Source: Octopus vulgaris
Taxonomy: Eukaryota
DNA length: 64,000 bases
Assembly (NCBI GenBank): GCA_951406725.2
Contig: OX597836.1
Span: 7,316,001 to 7,380,000, forward strand
Direction of reading: 5' to 3'
Shown here: piece by piece, positions 13,273 to 27,725 of the stretch
Position numbering within the stretch: the first letter of the stretch is position 1
How the letters are laid out: every line of letters begins with the position of its first letter
Notes under the pieces: generated by a model
Told to the model about the DNA's origin: nothing
Databases searched by the model: none
Seen by the model: only the letters and a program-made list of their open reading frames with translations
Program-made: the position numbers and the translations under genes

Positions 13273-13675
13273 AGGCATAGGAATGGCTGTGTGGTAAGTA
13301 GCTTGCTTACCAACCACATGGTTCTGGGTTCAGTCCCACTGTGTGGCACCTTGGGCAAGTGTCTTCTACTATAGCTTCGGGCCGACCAAAGCCTTGTGAG
13401 TGGATTTGGTAGACGGAAACTGAAAGAAGCCCATCATATATATTTATATATATGTGTGTGTGTGTGTATCATTGGGTGTCTGTGTTTGTCCCCACAACAT
13501 CGCTTGACAACCAATGCTGGTGTGTTTACATCCCCGTAACTTAGCGGTTCAGCAAAAGAGACCGATAGAATAAGTACTAGGCTTACAAAGAATAAGTCCT
13601 GGGGTCGATTTGCTCAACTAAAGGTGGTGCTCCAGCATGGCCACAGTCAAATGACTGAAACAAGTAAAGAGAAAG
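13273..13675 (+). mobile_element. tRNA-derived SINE family A, full length
   Basis: Near-consensus copy. Confidence 0.9.
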
Positions 13676-13976
13676 AGATGATGATGACGATGAAAATCAG
13701 ACACACACACAATGGGCTTCCCTGCAGTTTCACTTTACCAAATTCACAGGCAAGGCACCGGTTGGCTTGCCCAGGGCTATCACAGAAGACACTTACCAAT
13801 GCAGAGTGGGACTGAACCCGGAACCATATGGTTGCAAAGCAAGCTTCTAAACGACACAGAAGACAAACAGACAAAAAGATTAAGAGAAAAAAAAACCCTA
13901 AAATCTACAAAGCTGCCAATTAGCATTTCCTTTTACTCAATAAAAATGATTCATTTCCGCAGATAACAAAATATGA

Positions 13977-14033
<57 letters not shown>

Positions 14034-14034
14034 C

Positions 14035-14640
14035 CATTCTACTAAAGGCACAAGGCCTGGAATTTGGGGGAGGTGAACTAGTCAATTACATCAACCCCAG
14101 TACTCGATTGGTACTTAATTTATTAACCCCGAAAGGGTGAAAGGTAAAGTCGACCCCGGCAGAATTTGAACTCAGAAGATGGCAACAGGAGAAATATCTA
14201 TTTCTTTACTGCCCACAATGGGGCTAAACACAGAGGGGACAAACAAGGACAGACAAAGGGGATTAAGTCAATTATATCAACTCCAGTGCCTAACTGGTAC
14301 TTAATTTATCGACCCTGAAAGGATGAAAGGCAAAGTCGACCTCGGCGGAATTTGAACTCAGAACGTAACGGCAGACGAAATACTGGTAAGCATTTCGCCC
14401 GGCATGCTAACAATTCTACCAGCTCGTCGCCTTAATAATAAGGGTCTGAAATTTGGCAGGAAGGGACTAGTCAATGACATCGACCCCCTGTGTTTCACTG
14501 GTACTTAATTTATCGACCCCGAAAGGAGGAAAGTCAAAGTCAACCTCTGCAGAATTCGAACTCGGAACGTAAAGACAGATGAAATACCACTAAGCATTGA
14601 GCCCAGCGTGCTAACAATTCTGCCAGCTCACTGCCTTAAT
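14035..14640 (-). mobile_element. Three stacked SINE family B copies within (TAA)n
   Basis: atcgaccccgaaaggatgaaaggcaaagtcgacc...gaatttgaactcagaacg repeated three times; flanked by (AAT)n at 13978-14033 and 14637-14695. Confidence 0.85.
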
Positions 14641-14658
14641 AATAATAATAATAATAAC

Positions 14659-14696
<38 letters not shown>

Positions 14697-17274
14697 TATA
14701 TAATGACTTTTATTCAAGTTTTGTTTAGTTTTTTTTTTCTTTTTTAATTGCTATTTTGGTTCAACGAGACAGAAAATGAGAGGAAATATTCCTCCATCTG
14801 TTTCGTCTGCTCCAAAAGACTTCTTTCTTAGAATTTACACTTTCTTTAAAACTTCGCCAGCTGTTTTCAAGAAAAGGTTTGCATTCACTGCCAGACAGGC
14901 ATGTTGTACCTCACCTCAAGAAAGAAGAACAGACCCTGCCACCCCCACCCTCAAACCCCATTTGCTTGTACACACCCTAAACACACAAACAGATATGCAC
15001 ACATGCATGCACACTCATGCAACATCCCACACACGGTTGCACATATTCAGCCTCTCCCCCACCTCCTTACATGCACTCCCACCATCACCACCACCAACAA
15101 CAACAACAACACGTACACACCAAACCATGCATTCACACAGACATCTACATGATCACAACCACATATACAGTCAGAACCACACACACACACACACACACAG
15201 AACCACATAACCTCAAACATACAAGCACATGTATACACACACATACATACACACACACACACACACACTTTGCCTCATACATACATATAACCAAGCACAC
15301 ACACACACACACACACTAACAGACTTCAGTACACTGACACACGACAGGTTTTTTTTTTGTGTCTTGTCATGAACCCCCTACCATGCCCACCACCACCAGA
15401 AATTAATCAATAAAAGGGCAACTCGGAGTGGGGTTGGGGACAATAGCGATCTTTGAAGACAACACACCAATGGCTGGGGGGAAGAGGAACACACACACAC
15501 ACACACCCTCTTGCTGATGCATAGGGTGGATAATGTTAGGGGTGGATGACGTTGGGAGTGGGGTAGAAGGAATGATACCAAGGATCTAGGGGTGGAAGGG
15601 AAAAGTATTTGGTGGGGGGGAGCAATTCAATTAGAATGCCAATGTCAATTAACGGAGTTAATGAAGCTCTTAGTTGCTCTCTTTCAGAACGTTTATTAAC
15701 GTCAACAATGCCCTCCCACTCTGGGGCTTCCTCCTCCTCCTCATCCCATCATCATCCTCATCCTCATCTTCATCTTTGTCGCTATCTTCATAATTTCTCT
15801 ATGACAGACAATGAGTAAAGCAAGGTGGTTGTTGTTGTTGTTGCTGTTGTTTAATTCCTGATCAGGCAAGCCTATGATCAAATCAAAGGCTTTCCACTCA
15901 TGAGCATCCTGCCTTTTGCTCAGACACAGTGTCATTTTAGGCAAGATTTATTATTCAATGAATGAATGGCTGAGTGGTTAAGAAGCTCTCTTTGCAACCA
16001 CGCAGTCTTGGGTTCAATCCTACGGTGCATCGCCTTTGGTACCTTGGGCAAGTGTCTTCTACTATAGCCCTTAGCTGACCATTGTCTTACGAATGAATTT
16101 GGTGAGTGTGTGTGTGTGTGTGTGTGTATAATGGATAAAGAACCCCTAACAGTCACGAATGACCATGGGATTACACCAAGAAAATTCCCTCCGAGACACA
16201 AGTCCAGGCAAGGTTGTTTTTGTAGAAGACCAGCAGTCACCCATGCATACCAACCACACCCTCTCCATGCCACCGATGTTATCGAAGAGAAAGGCAAAAG
16301 GGTCTGATACAGCTTGGCACCAGTACACTCTGTAAAGTGGTTGGCATTAGGAAGGGCAATCCAGCCATAGAAAGCACGACAACTGGAGCGTGGCGCAGCT
16401 CTCTGGTTGGCCAGCTCCTGCCAAACTGTCCAACCCATGCCAGCATGGAAAATGGACATTAGATGATGACGATGATAATGATGATGATGATGATGAGGAG
16501 GAGGAGGAGGAGGAAGCGGAGGAGGAGGGAGGTGATGAATACGATCACACACAACCACACCATATTCAACCATAGCATCAAATACCATGCACAACCATTT
16601 ATCAAACAACACCATGCTAACACACACATACACACACCCTTATATACACACTCTAAACACCCTTTTTATACACCCAGTAATCCCTTCATCTCATTCTTAC
16701 CATTTCCAGTAATGTTTATCTAAATACTTCTCTCTTCCATTTCACAACTCTCTTAGAATTCCAAGTTTATTATATCTTCGAGAGAAACCCCCACTGATAG
16801 CGTTTTACAAAGAAAGTACTTAAGGACAGATGAGCAGGGGGGAGCTAAGGGTCAGGGGTGGGGTGCTAGATTTAAGGACAGATGAATGAGGAGTGAAACT
16901 GAATTTCCCTAATGGAAGGGAATACAAAGTTAGATAAAAAGTTATTCTATAAATAGGGAAAGATATAAAAGTTGTCCCTATTTTGTTTTGGGGTTTTTTT
17001 GCCTTTTTTTTTGCAAAAAAAAATCTCTCTCTGTTGACTTCATTCAGGAAATAGAAATGTTTTTCAGTAAAGGAAGTCAACAGTTATATGGTTTATAGAC
17101 ATCAAACAGGAGGGGGGGTTAGGGTAGTGTGTGCGTGTGTGTGTATGTGTGTGTGTGCGTGCGTATTTGTGTGTGCGCATGTGTGTGTAAATGAGTGCAG
17201 ATTGGAGATTTATGAGCAGATATATAATATACATTATACATGACTGTGCGTGTGAATGTACATGTGTATGTATG

Positions 17275-17320
<46 letters not shown>

Positions 17321-17325
17321 CATAT

Positions 17326-17372
<47 letters not shown>

Positions 17373-17493
17373 ATTGCGTTTGAAGGAGTACATGTATGTA
17401 CATGTGCATACACACACATAGTGTATTCATGAGAGAGGGTGTATTATATTGATCTATTATGTATGACTGTGGATGGGTATGTGTGTGTGTGTG

Positions 17494-17528
<35 letters not shown>

Positions 17529-17529
17529 A

Positions 17530-17872
17530 TTCTTTTATTTGTTTCAGTAATTCGACTGCGGCCATTTGTAAGCTTAGTATTTATTCTATTGGTCTCTTTT
17601 GCCGAACTGTTAAGTTACAGGGAAGTAAACACACCAGCATCGGTTGTCAAGCAATGGTGGGGGGGGGGGACAAACACAGACACACAAACATATATATATA
17701 CAGATATATATATACGTTGGGCCTCTTTTAGTTTCCATCTACCAAAACCACTCACAAGGCTTTGGTCGGCCTAAGGCTATATTAAAAGACACTTGCCCAA
17801 GGAGCCATGCAGTGGGACTGAACCCAGAACCATGTGGTTGGGAAGCGAGCTTCCTACCACACAGCCACGCCT
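17530..17872 (-). mobile_element. SINE family A
   Basis: Reverse complement of the family A consensus with an internal deletion. Confidence 0.85.
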
Positions 17873-18199
17873 ATATATGTGTGTGTGTGTTATGCTAGGG
17901 TGTTGTATACATATGAATATACATATACATGTATGTATGTATATATATATGCACAAGGAAACAGCAATAGAAACAACATTCCTTGTATTATTAGGGACCC
18001 AAGGGAGAAGAAATGGCAGGACTGTACTGGAACAGTGGACTGTTACTTGTCAAAGTAGGGGTTAGTGAGGATGGATGATATAAATTCACTGAGTAAACAT
18101 AAACCAAAGATGGGGAGAGGCAGCTTACATGACCTTCTACAAACCCCAAAGACTGGTGCAGTAAGATCTTGATGCTTATAACATAGGGAGTTCTAATTC

Positions 18200-18400
18200 C
18201 ATAGTTAAGCCCTTCGTCCCTTATGGAGCAAGGGCCATTGAGGACTTTTCCCAACTGTTTTTAACTCTGGGTTGTTCCTTTTTTGCTTGTCTCCAGTTGG
18301 ATCCCTGCTTTTTTCCACTCTGTGCCAATTCCCTGCCTCCAGCTATTTCTAGGGTGTCTTCTTCCACTTTTATGGGTTCTGGTCAGGGCCTGATGTGTAC
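18200..18400 (-). mobile_element. RTE-like LINE 3' remnant
   Basis: THQALTRTHKSGRRHPRNSWRQ...VLNGPCSIRDEGL resembles the RTE ending QALxWNPxGKRxRGRPRxxWRR...LCS. Confidence 0.6.
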
Positions 18401-19714
18401 TGCACAGAGACTGAACCTGAAACCATGCGGTTGGGAAGCTAACTTCTGAAACACCTAGCCAAACCTGTACCATCGAGATCAAATTCACCTTTCATCCTTT
18501 TGAGGTTAATAAAACAAACACCAGTGGGGCCAGCGCAATCAACCTTAGCCCCTAACGCCAAAATTACAGGCCTACAGAAACCAACATTAATTTATCAACA
18601 TAAGCATTTTTTTCTTTCTAATTTTGGCACAGCCCCAATAAATTTGATGGACAGGGGGCAAACTGAATACCTCAACCCCAATACTTGACTGCTACTTTAT
18701 TTCACTGACCCTAAAAGGATGAAAGGCAAAGTCAACCTTGGTAGGATTTGAACTCTGAATGTAAAATCCCAGAAGAGTTACTGCTAAGTATTTTGTCCCG
18801 GGGCACTAACGATTCTGACAGCTTGCCTCCTTGATATAAAACTGATGGATTATTATTCAATATGGCATAAAATGCCATATTGACAGTCCTCTTGTGAGAT
18901 CAGGTGGTTCACAGATGGCAACCAAATTTCTTTGAAGTGGCATTTGGTATATTCTGAAGTCAGGGGCACTAAAACACACAAACATCTCTTGTATTTTTCA
19001 TTAGTTTATGTGTATATGGTGGGTGGGTGGGGCAATGAGCTAATAAGGAAGTCTTTATGTGGTCACTCGATTTGCTAGAAATAGCAACCAAATTTTCTTT
19101 GGAGATAGTTTATTATGTTAAAAACAAAAAAAAAAAGAAATTTACACTGACTGGATAATGTAATTGTAGATCCCTTATTTGGGAAATAGAAAATCAGGAT
19201 GTGCTAGACCAAAACCTGAAATGGGGATAAACTATAAAAGCATATTTTCTATATTATCTTCATCCTAAAAGCAAGCTGGCAAGATCGTTAGCATGCCAGG
19301 TAAAACGTTTATTGGCATTTTGTCCATTTTTATGTTCTGTGTTCAAATTCTGCCGAAGTCGACTTTACTTTTCATCCTTTCGGGGTTGATAAAATAAGTA
19401 CCAGTTGGACACTGGGGTCCAATGTAATCACCTAGTCCCCTCTCCCCACAAATTTCAGGCCTTGTGCCTTTAGCAGAAAGGATTGCAAAGGAGTGGCTGT
19501 GTGGTAAGAAGTTTACTTCCCAAGTCCATGGTTCCGGGTTCAGAAATAGACATTTGTATGAGCAGGATCGTTCATTTCCAGTATTTCTGTGGAACCATGT
19601 TTGTTCATAAGGAAGCATTACCCAGCTTCAAATGAAGTGAGCATACACTGGCTTCTTGTTATCGGCAACGTGGGTTCATTAATTGATGCTGGCTCCACAC
19701 ATTCAGGTGAATAC

Positions 19715-20161
19715 CAACAGAGACGTGCAACCAAACGCATACCCTCCATCAGACACCTACCATATTCTGAGTGCCTTGTTTCCCTGGGCATGGATTCACT
19801 GAAGCTCCGGCGTCTGGCGACGGACTTGGTAAACACCCACAAAGTTATCAACCACCTCACCAACAACAACACTGAACACCTTTTTGACCTCCATATATCT
19901 AACACACGTGGACATGCCTACAAAGTCAGAAAACAACACAGCTCCCATGACTTTCGGAAACATTTCTTCACGCTCAGAGTTGCTGAAGCATGGAATAAAC
20001 TGCCTGCGTCAGTTGTTGACTGCCATGACACTGCATCCTTTAAGGCCCTCATGCTTTCTGAAATCTGCCAAAACTACACCTGATTATATATACACTTTAG
20101 ATGAGTTGTAGTGCACCTGAGCACTGTACACAATTATTATTATTATTATTATTATTATTAT
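19715..20161 (+). mobile_element. CR1/L2-group LINE 3' end with (TTA)n tail
   Basis: QRRATKRIP...LKLRRLATDL...TRGHAYKV...RKHFFTLRVAEAWNKLP is a typical CR1-like ORF2 C-terminus; short 3' UTR then (TTA)n. Confidence 0.9.
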
Positions 20162-20495
20162 AGAATCACAAAAGTAACTACAGATAGACAGAAGATGCAG
20201 AGAAAGACAGATGTCTATTGAGTGAGATTCAGCTGTTATTTCTAGCAGCATGAACGACTGTGCTTAGAGAGAGAAGTGGTGAGGGGGGGGGAAAGCAAGG
20301 GAGGTTACCCTCTTTGGTTTGGGAACATTTTAATTAAAATGTTGGAATTCGGTTTATGTTAATGAGATGTAGGAAGGTCGTAAACCAAACTCGGCTCTTA
20401 TCATTACCAGCAGCACTAATTAAATACAGTGAATAATAATTAATATCTCGGACAAGTCAAATGTGTTATTCATGTTGATTAGAAACTTAGCTGTT

Positions 20496-20520
20496 ACTCA
20501 CCTACAATAAAGTGCAAACA
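20496..20520 (-). other. Candidate recursive splice site (3'SS fused to 5'SS)
   Basis: Minus strand reads tgtttgcactttattgtAG|GTGAGTaac with the junction at 20502/20501, in non-repeat sequence. Confidence 0.35.
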
Positions 20521-20973
20521 CACACACACACAATTACATACATAAATATATATACTTTCGCACACACATAATATATACATACACACATACATACACACAC
20601 AAACACAAATTTGGGGGAAGGAATTAAGTCGATTACATCGACCCCAGTGCATAACTGGTACTTATTTAATCAACCCCGAAAGGATGAATGGCAAAATCGA
20701 CCTTGGCGGAATTTGAACCCAGAACATAGCGGCAGACAGAATACTGCTAAGCGTTTCACCCGGCATGCTAACAATTCTGCCAGATACTATTTCCATTTCG
20801 TTCAGTTGATGAGATGAGAAGGTTTTGATGTGTTAATGAGCAGAAGAATGTTACCATTCAAAGTAAGCATAAAAGACTAATAAAAAAAAAGTCTGTCCCA
20901 AAAACTTTGATAGAAAGTATTAAACATGAAAACATTTGTCTTCAGTATATGATGGAAAGAAAAGCTATTCCAT

Positions 20974-21007
<34 letters not shown>

Positions 21008-21252
21008 TCATCATCATCATCATCAGTTGACGTCCGCTTTCCATGCTAGCATGGGTTGGACGGTTTGATTGGGGTCTGGCAAACCAGATGGCTGCACCAG
21101 GCTTCAATCTTGGTCTGGCAGAGTTTCTACAGCTGGATGCCCTTCCTAATGCCAACCACTCCGAGAGTGTAGTGGGTGCTTTTATGTGCCACCTGTCAAC
21201 GAATTTCACTTTGATTGATTTCACTTGCCTCACACACACAAACATGCATATA

Positions 21253-21787
21253 TAGGGTGGGCCAAAATTAGTGCCCCAACTTTGAAAAAATACATGAAAT
21301 ATAATGAAAATGAAAAAAATTTTCATAAGGAAGAGGTGCTCCATCTTGCCCAAAGATTTTGGAATGACAGTATAGAAAATACGGCCAGATGATGTTTTCA
21401 CACAATGCCAGGTAACTATCAGCATCCATTGTCTCTCGTTGAATATGGAATGCACAAATTCCTGAAGACAATATCACCGCGAAAATGACAAGAAAAGGTG
21501 AACTAACATGCTTTTCCCAAACTGCTTCAGGGTCATCTTCTGAATAACAGAAGCAGTTATGGCAGTTGATGTGAACGGAAACATGGAAGATTGCTTCATC
21601 AAAGGAAACGAGTCAATCAAATAATCTGGAATCTCTGGCTTCTGGCAGCATTCTCTCACAAAATTCAACATGTTGATTAATCAATGGCATACACAAATAA
21701 TAACTGCATGCTTCAGGAAACGACAGAACTAAGAGACATATACAATTGGGATACATAAAATGCGGGCACTAATTTTGGCCCATCCTG
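21253..21787 (-). mobile_element. Internally deleted Tc1/mariner-superfamily DNA transposon
   Basis: TIRs tagggtgggccaaaattagtgccc / gggcactaattttggcccatcctg with TA flanks; remnants FDEAIFHVSVHINCHNC and QDGAP match the first two catalytic Asp motifs. Confidence 0.85.
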
Positions 21788-22719
21788 TACATCATCATCA
21801 TTGTCGTTTAACGTCCATTTTCCGTGCTAGTATGGGTTGGACGGTTCGACCGGGGTCTGGGAAGCCAGGATGGCTGCACCAGGCTCCAGTCTGATCTGGC
21901 AGTGTTTCTACAGCTGGATGCCCTTCCTAACGCCAACCACTCCGTGAGTGTAGTGGGTGCTTTTTACGTGCCACTGGCACAGGTGCCAGGAGAGGCTGGC
22001 AGCGGCCACAATCGGTTGGTGCTTTTTACGTGCAACCAGCACAGAAGCCAGTCAAGGCGGCGCTGGCATCGGCCACATTCAGATGGTGCTTTTTACATGC
22101 CACCAGCACAGGTATCACAACTACAATCTCCATTTGATATTTATTTTGATGTTGATGTACATATATGCATATACACACACACACACACGCATATCATCAT
22201 CATCATCATCATCAATTTAATGTCCACTTTTCGATGCTTGCGTGAGTTGGGCAGATGTTCTATGGTTGAATACCCTAATGTCCTCCATTGCCAACCCGTT
22301 TCCAAGCAATGTAAAAATAGTTCTCCATAGCTAGAGGTGATCTCCAAGGAAGACTAGAAACAAACACCATCACTTGTAGGACAGGGATGTTCATTTACAA
22401 CCATCACATGACGTCAACACACACACACACACACACATACAGTTGGCTAAATTGACAACTGGCTTACTTTGCACTTTCTGTCTAGCAAATCCACTCACAA
22501 GGCTTTGACCAGCCTAGGGCTGTCATAAAAGACACTTGCCCAAGGTGCCATCCGGTGAGAATGAACCCCAAAAGAATAATTCTACGGCTATTTAACTGAA
22601 AAATGTTAACGACAGAGAAAGCAGACAATGTGAAAATACCCCCATTGTTCTCTTAAGTAAACAGACAAATAACTGGAAATCTTCTTAGAGATATGCTTCA
22701 GGGATGATATATGCGCATG

Positions 22720-22755
22720 AGAGTAGCAGCAGCAGCAGTAATAGTAGTAGTAGTG

Positions 22756-22811
<56 letters not shown>

Positions 22812-22908
22812 GGTGGTGGTGGTGGTGGTGGTGGTGGTGGTGGTGGTGGTGGTGGTGGTGGTGGTGGTGGTGGTGGTGGTGGTAGCAGCAGCAGTAGTAG
22901 TAGTAGTG

Positions 22909-22964
<56 letters not shown>

Positions 22965-23055
22965 GGTGGTGGTGGTGGTGGTGGTGGTGGTAGTGGTGGT
23001 GGTGGTGGTGGTGGTGGTGGTAGCAGCAGCAGCAGTAGTAGTAGTAGTGGTAGTG

Positions 23056-23114
<59 letters not shown>

Positions 23115-23196
23115 GGTGGTGGTGGTGGTGGTGGTGGTGGTGGTGGTGGTGGTGGTGGTGGTGGTGGTAGCAGCAGCAGCAGTAGTAGTAGTAGTG

Positions 23197-23254
<58 letters not shown>

Positions 23255-23312
23255 GTGGTGGTGGTGGTAGTAGTGGTAGTGGTAGTGGTAGTAGTAGCAG
23301 TAGTAGTGGTAG
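22720..23312. repeat. Compound (GCA)n(GTA)n(GTG)n array with ~140-160-bp higher-order unit
   Basis: GCA blocks restart at about 22725, 22883, 23021 and 23168. Confidence 0.95.
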
Positions 23313-23703
23313 TTCATTATCAGGATATAATATTAATAGTCTTCCTGTTTTGCATGTGACTGACTAAAAGTATTATATGCTAATCAAGAAGACTATTTTA
23401 ATGTTATATCCTGACAGACTGGTGCTATATATAGAGATTTAGATTTACTGGTTCTTCTCTGGGCTGCTGGAGAATAAGAGTACATCTTGTTCTTCAAAAA
23501 AGAAACCATTTCCGAATCTCATCTGTAAAAGGATTCTCAATTGCTTTTTACTGTTTGCTTAAGAGAACAATAAGTGGTTTCCACATCGTCACCAATCCCC
23601 AAAGCCAAGGCTTTCGAATAAATAACAGTAGATACATATTTACATCACACGGTTATACTGTGTTCTTCATAAACACCATAGCACATATAATTTACAAATA
23701 CAA

Positions 23704-23767
<64 letters not shown>

Positions 23768-23771
<4 letters not shown>

Positions 23772-24095
23772 ATGGCTCAGTGGTTAGAGTATTGGGCTCA
23801 CAATCATAAGGTAGGAAGTTCAATTCCTGGACTGGACTGTATTGTGTTCTTGAGCAAGACACTTTATTTCACGTTGCTCCAGTTCACTCAGCTGCAGAAA
23901 TGAGTTGCGATGTCACTGGTGCCAAGCTGTATCGGCCCCTTTGCCATTCCCTTGGATAACATCAGTGGTGTGGAGAGGCGAGGTTGGTATGCATTGGCTA
24001 TGGCCAGTCTTTCATAAACAACCTTGCCTAGACCTGTGCCTCAGGGAGTAACTTTTTACATGCAATCCCATGTCATTCATGACTGAAGGGCTTCT
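23768..24095 (+). mobile_element. tRNA-derived SINE family E
   Basis: Head catggctcagtggttagag...gttcaattcc; body matches the reverse complements of 16140-16325, 30570-30690 and 46718-46925. Confidence 0.8.
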
Positions 24096-24245
24096 TCATG
24101 TGTGGGTTGTGTGTATGTGTGCATGCATGTGTTGTATGTATTTTATTGTGATCTAGGTAAATGTTTTATCATATATTTTATTTTTTCTGTATGGTATGAT
24201 TTACGTCTATCATTGTTTGAATTACATAATAGTGGTTTTTCTCTA

Positions 24246-24293
<48 letters not shown>

Positions 24294-24359
24294 AGAAATT
24301 TGATTTAATACGAAATTGAATTTTTCCCTGTAAGTTTGGAGTTATACTCCCTAATATTA

Positions 24360-24438
<79 letters not shown>

Positions 24439-26471
24439 AAAATGAAGTTGTAAGGTATATATATATATATATCATATTTAATCTTATAATGCCAAAATTT
24501 CCAATATGCAAGGGGAAAAAATATGAGAAGCTAATTGGCAATTCCAGAATGCATGACTGGAAATATTGCAACGGCCACAGAATATAATCGCAGTTTGCAT
24601 GCAATAATTTTGTTCCAGTGAAAAGGAATCGTTAGAACTTGTCTAAGGATTTTATTTCCTAGTTCCGTAGCAATATAGCAATTCAAGCATCGATGGTTAT
24701 CAACAAAAACCATTCTTTCATTTTATTCCTCCATTCATTTGTTCAGTTCCACATGTGCTTTTCCATGCGAACAGAGAGAGGCAGGTTTACAGAGGCGGAT
24801 TTGTTAGGGCAGGATATGTTCTCCATCATCGCCAACCTTCACCTGTTTTCCAAATGAAGTATTTTCCCCCCATTTTTATATTCCGGTCGTCCTCACACAT
24901 CGAAAGCTGAAACTAAAGAACTTTTGCGTAATGTAGAATATATAAACAAAGACACCGTTTCTGTGAGGTTTTCTGGGGTTTTTTTCCCTTTTTGCTTCCC
25001 TTATAGCAGTGGTTCCCAAAGCGGACAGTATTGCCCTCTTGGGAGTGGTGGAAAAATACAGGGGGGGAGGGCACTCAAGAAAAGTGGGATGATAATGGGG
25101 TGACCAAAATTGGGTGATAGATGTAAAAAAAAATATATCAATATGTGAATTAGGTTTAAGTTTTATTTGCAAAATAGAGTTTGAATTTGCTGCAGAACGT
25201 GGTGGGATAAGTGAGGGGGTGCTAGAAATATGGCCAGGGATAAGTCAATTACATCGACCCCAGTACTCAACTGTTACTTAATTGATCGACCCTGAAAGTA
25301 TAAAAGGCAAAGTCAAGCCCGGCAGCATTCAAAATCAGAATGTGAAGACAGACAAAATACCGCTAGCCATTTCACCCAGCATGCTATCCTTTGTACTGTA
25401 GGCACAAGGCCTGAAATTTGGTGGGGGGCGAGGGGATGAGTCGATTACATCGACCCCAGTGCTCAACTGGTACTTATTTTATCGACCCAGGAAGGGTGGT
25501 AGGCAAAGTTAGTCTCGGCAGAATTTGAACTTGGAACATAAAGACAGACAAAACGCCACTCAACATTTTACCCACCGTGCTAACAATCCTGCTAGCGAGA
25601 CGCCTTTATAATAATAATAGTAATATTTTTTTAATAAGAATTCTTTCTTCTATTGGCACGAGGCCAAACCTAATCTTCAAAAAAAAATCTCCCGAAATTA
25701 CTGTTAAACAGTGTGTAGATAAAAACGATATATTATGTGTCACCGACTGTTTTTGTAGCAACCCCACCCTGTGTGTGGCTTTTGGTAAGGGTGGAGTGAG
25801 GGCTAGGGTTAGGGAGCAGATGGCTGGGAAGCAAGAAACAACACAATCTTTGTGGAAGTTGTTGAAAAATGTAACACGAAGAGTCCTCTTTGGTAATTGT
25901 TCCAGAATTTTGGCACGGGGTCAGCAATTTTATAGGGAGAGACTTCAGTTGATTACATCGACCCCCACTGCAAACCCTCAGCACTTGACTGGTACCCTGT
26001 TTTATTGAAGTTCTCCTTTATAATGTATACTACACAGCCGTTATTGTTCAGCCCTAGGACAGTTCTTAACTGAACAGATCTATCATCAAAAGCATTCTAA
26101 CCATGACCATCCCATCTGTTTCGACAGTGACAGTCGCTTATAAACTATCATGTGATGACAAGATGAGGAGACAAAAACACATTCGCACACACACACATGT
26201 ATCATCATCATCATCATCATCATCATTTAACGTCAGTTTTCCATGCTGGTATGGGTTGGACAGCTTGACAGGTGCAGGCCAGCGGGGAGCTGTTCAAATT
26301 CCAATTGTCTGATTTGGCATGGTTTTCTATGGCTGTATGCCCTTCCTAATGCCAACCACTCTGAGAGTATAATGGGTGCCTTTTACATGCCACTAGTACT
26401 AGTGCTTTTATATGCCCATTACACATGTATATACACACACACATATATATATATATACATATACATACATT

Positions 26472-26511
<40 letters not shown>

Positions 26512-26654
26512 TATGGCTACATAGTGAAGAAGTTTGCTTCCTGATCACATGGTTCTGGGTTCCACTGTTTGGCCCCTTGGGTGTCTTCTACTAAAGCCTT
26601 GGGTCCACCAAAGCCTTCAGTGGATTTGGTAGACAGAAAACGACAGAAGCCCAT

Positions 26655-26713
<59 letters not shown>

Positions 26714-27469
26714 ACACGCGCACTTCACCAGGAAATTTTCTGAGCAACAGATGGCGACATCAGTTGACATTTCCTGGTCAACCAATCGTCCAAACAGCTC
26801 AGCAACTTTCAAAGACACACGCAGTGGAATGAAAACACCATTTACTTGAAAGACATACGTATGAAATGCCTACGACACAAAAAGAAACCAGGTGGTAAAA
26901 CAATACCTTTATAAAGTACTCCCCTAAATCATGCCGGCATGGAAAAACAGACATAAAGCCCAACAAATGATTGAACGACCCTTAGACTGAAATACTACAG
27001 AGAGCAATATTATATACCTCAGTAATATATATACCGGATCATACCTGTTATTCAAAGGTCTGGCAATGGTAAATATTGTTTCGAACTGATTCTGCTTGAA
27101 AGAATTGTGTTGATGTATTCTACATGTCAGCGGAATAAGTCAGCGACTAACAAGTAAATTTATTAGGTCTGTAGTTTAGTTCAGTTTATTGCACAGATTG
27201 GTGAAGTCGTCATCGAAATTGACAGAAAATCCATCATCACACAGCGAGGGGTGGGCATGGGTGTGTGTGTGTGAGCAAATAGCTGATTGAAACAGGTATC
27301 TGTGTATGTACCTAAGTGTAAGCAGGTATATGTGTGTGTGTGTACTTACATACATATACATGTACACAAATATATGTACGCACACACACATACACACACA
27401 GATATATGTACTTTTGCTATATAAATATATCGCTTAGAGATTTAATATAACATGTCTCTCTTTTATATT

Positions 27470-27551
<82 letters not shown>

Positions 27552-27623
27552 TAATCCAAACAAGAAAACAAAAAAACACAACAATGCAAGGACGTGGAAC
27601 AAATAAAGTATTATTGGACGCTC

Positions 27624-27725
<102 letters not shown>

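Noticed and set aside
22685-23367. Gly/Ser-, Val- and Pro/Leu-rich ORFs of about 200 aa
   Set aside because: Open in several frames only because of the trinucleotide repeat
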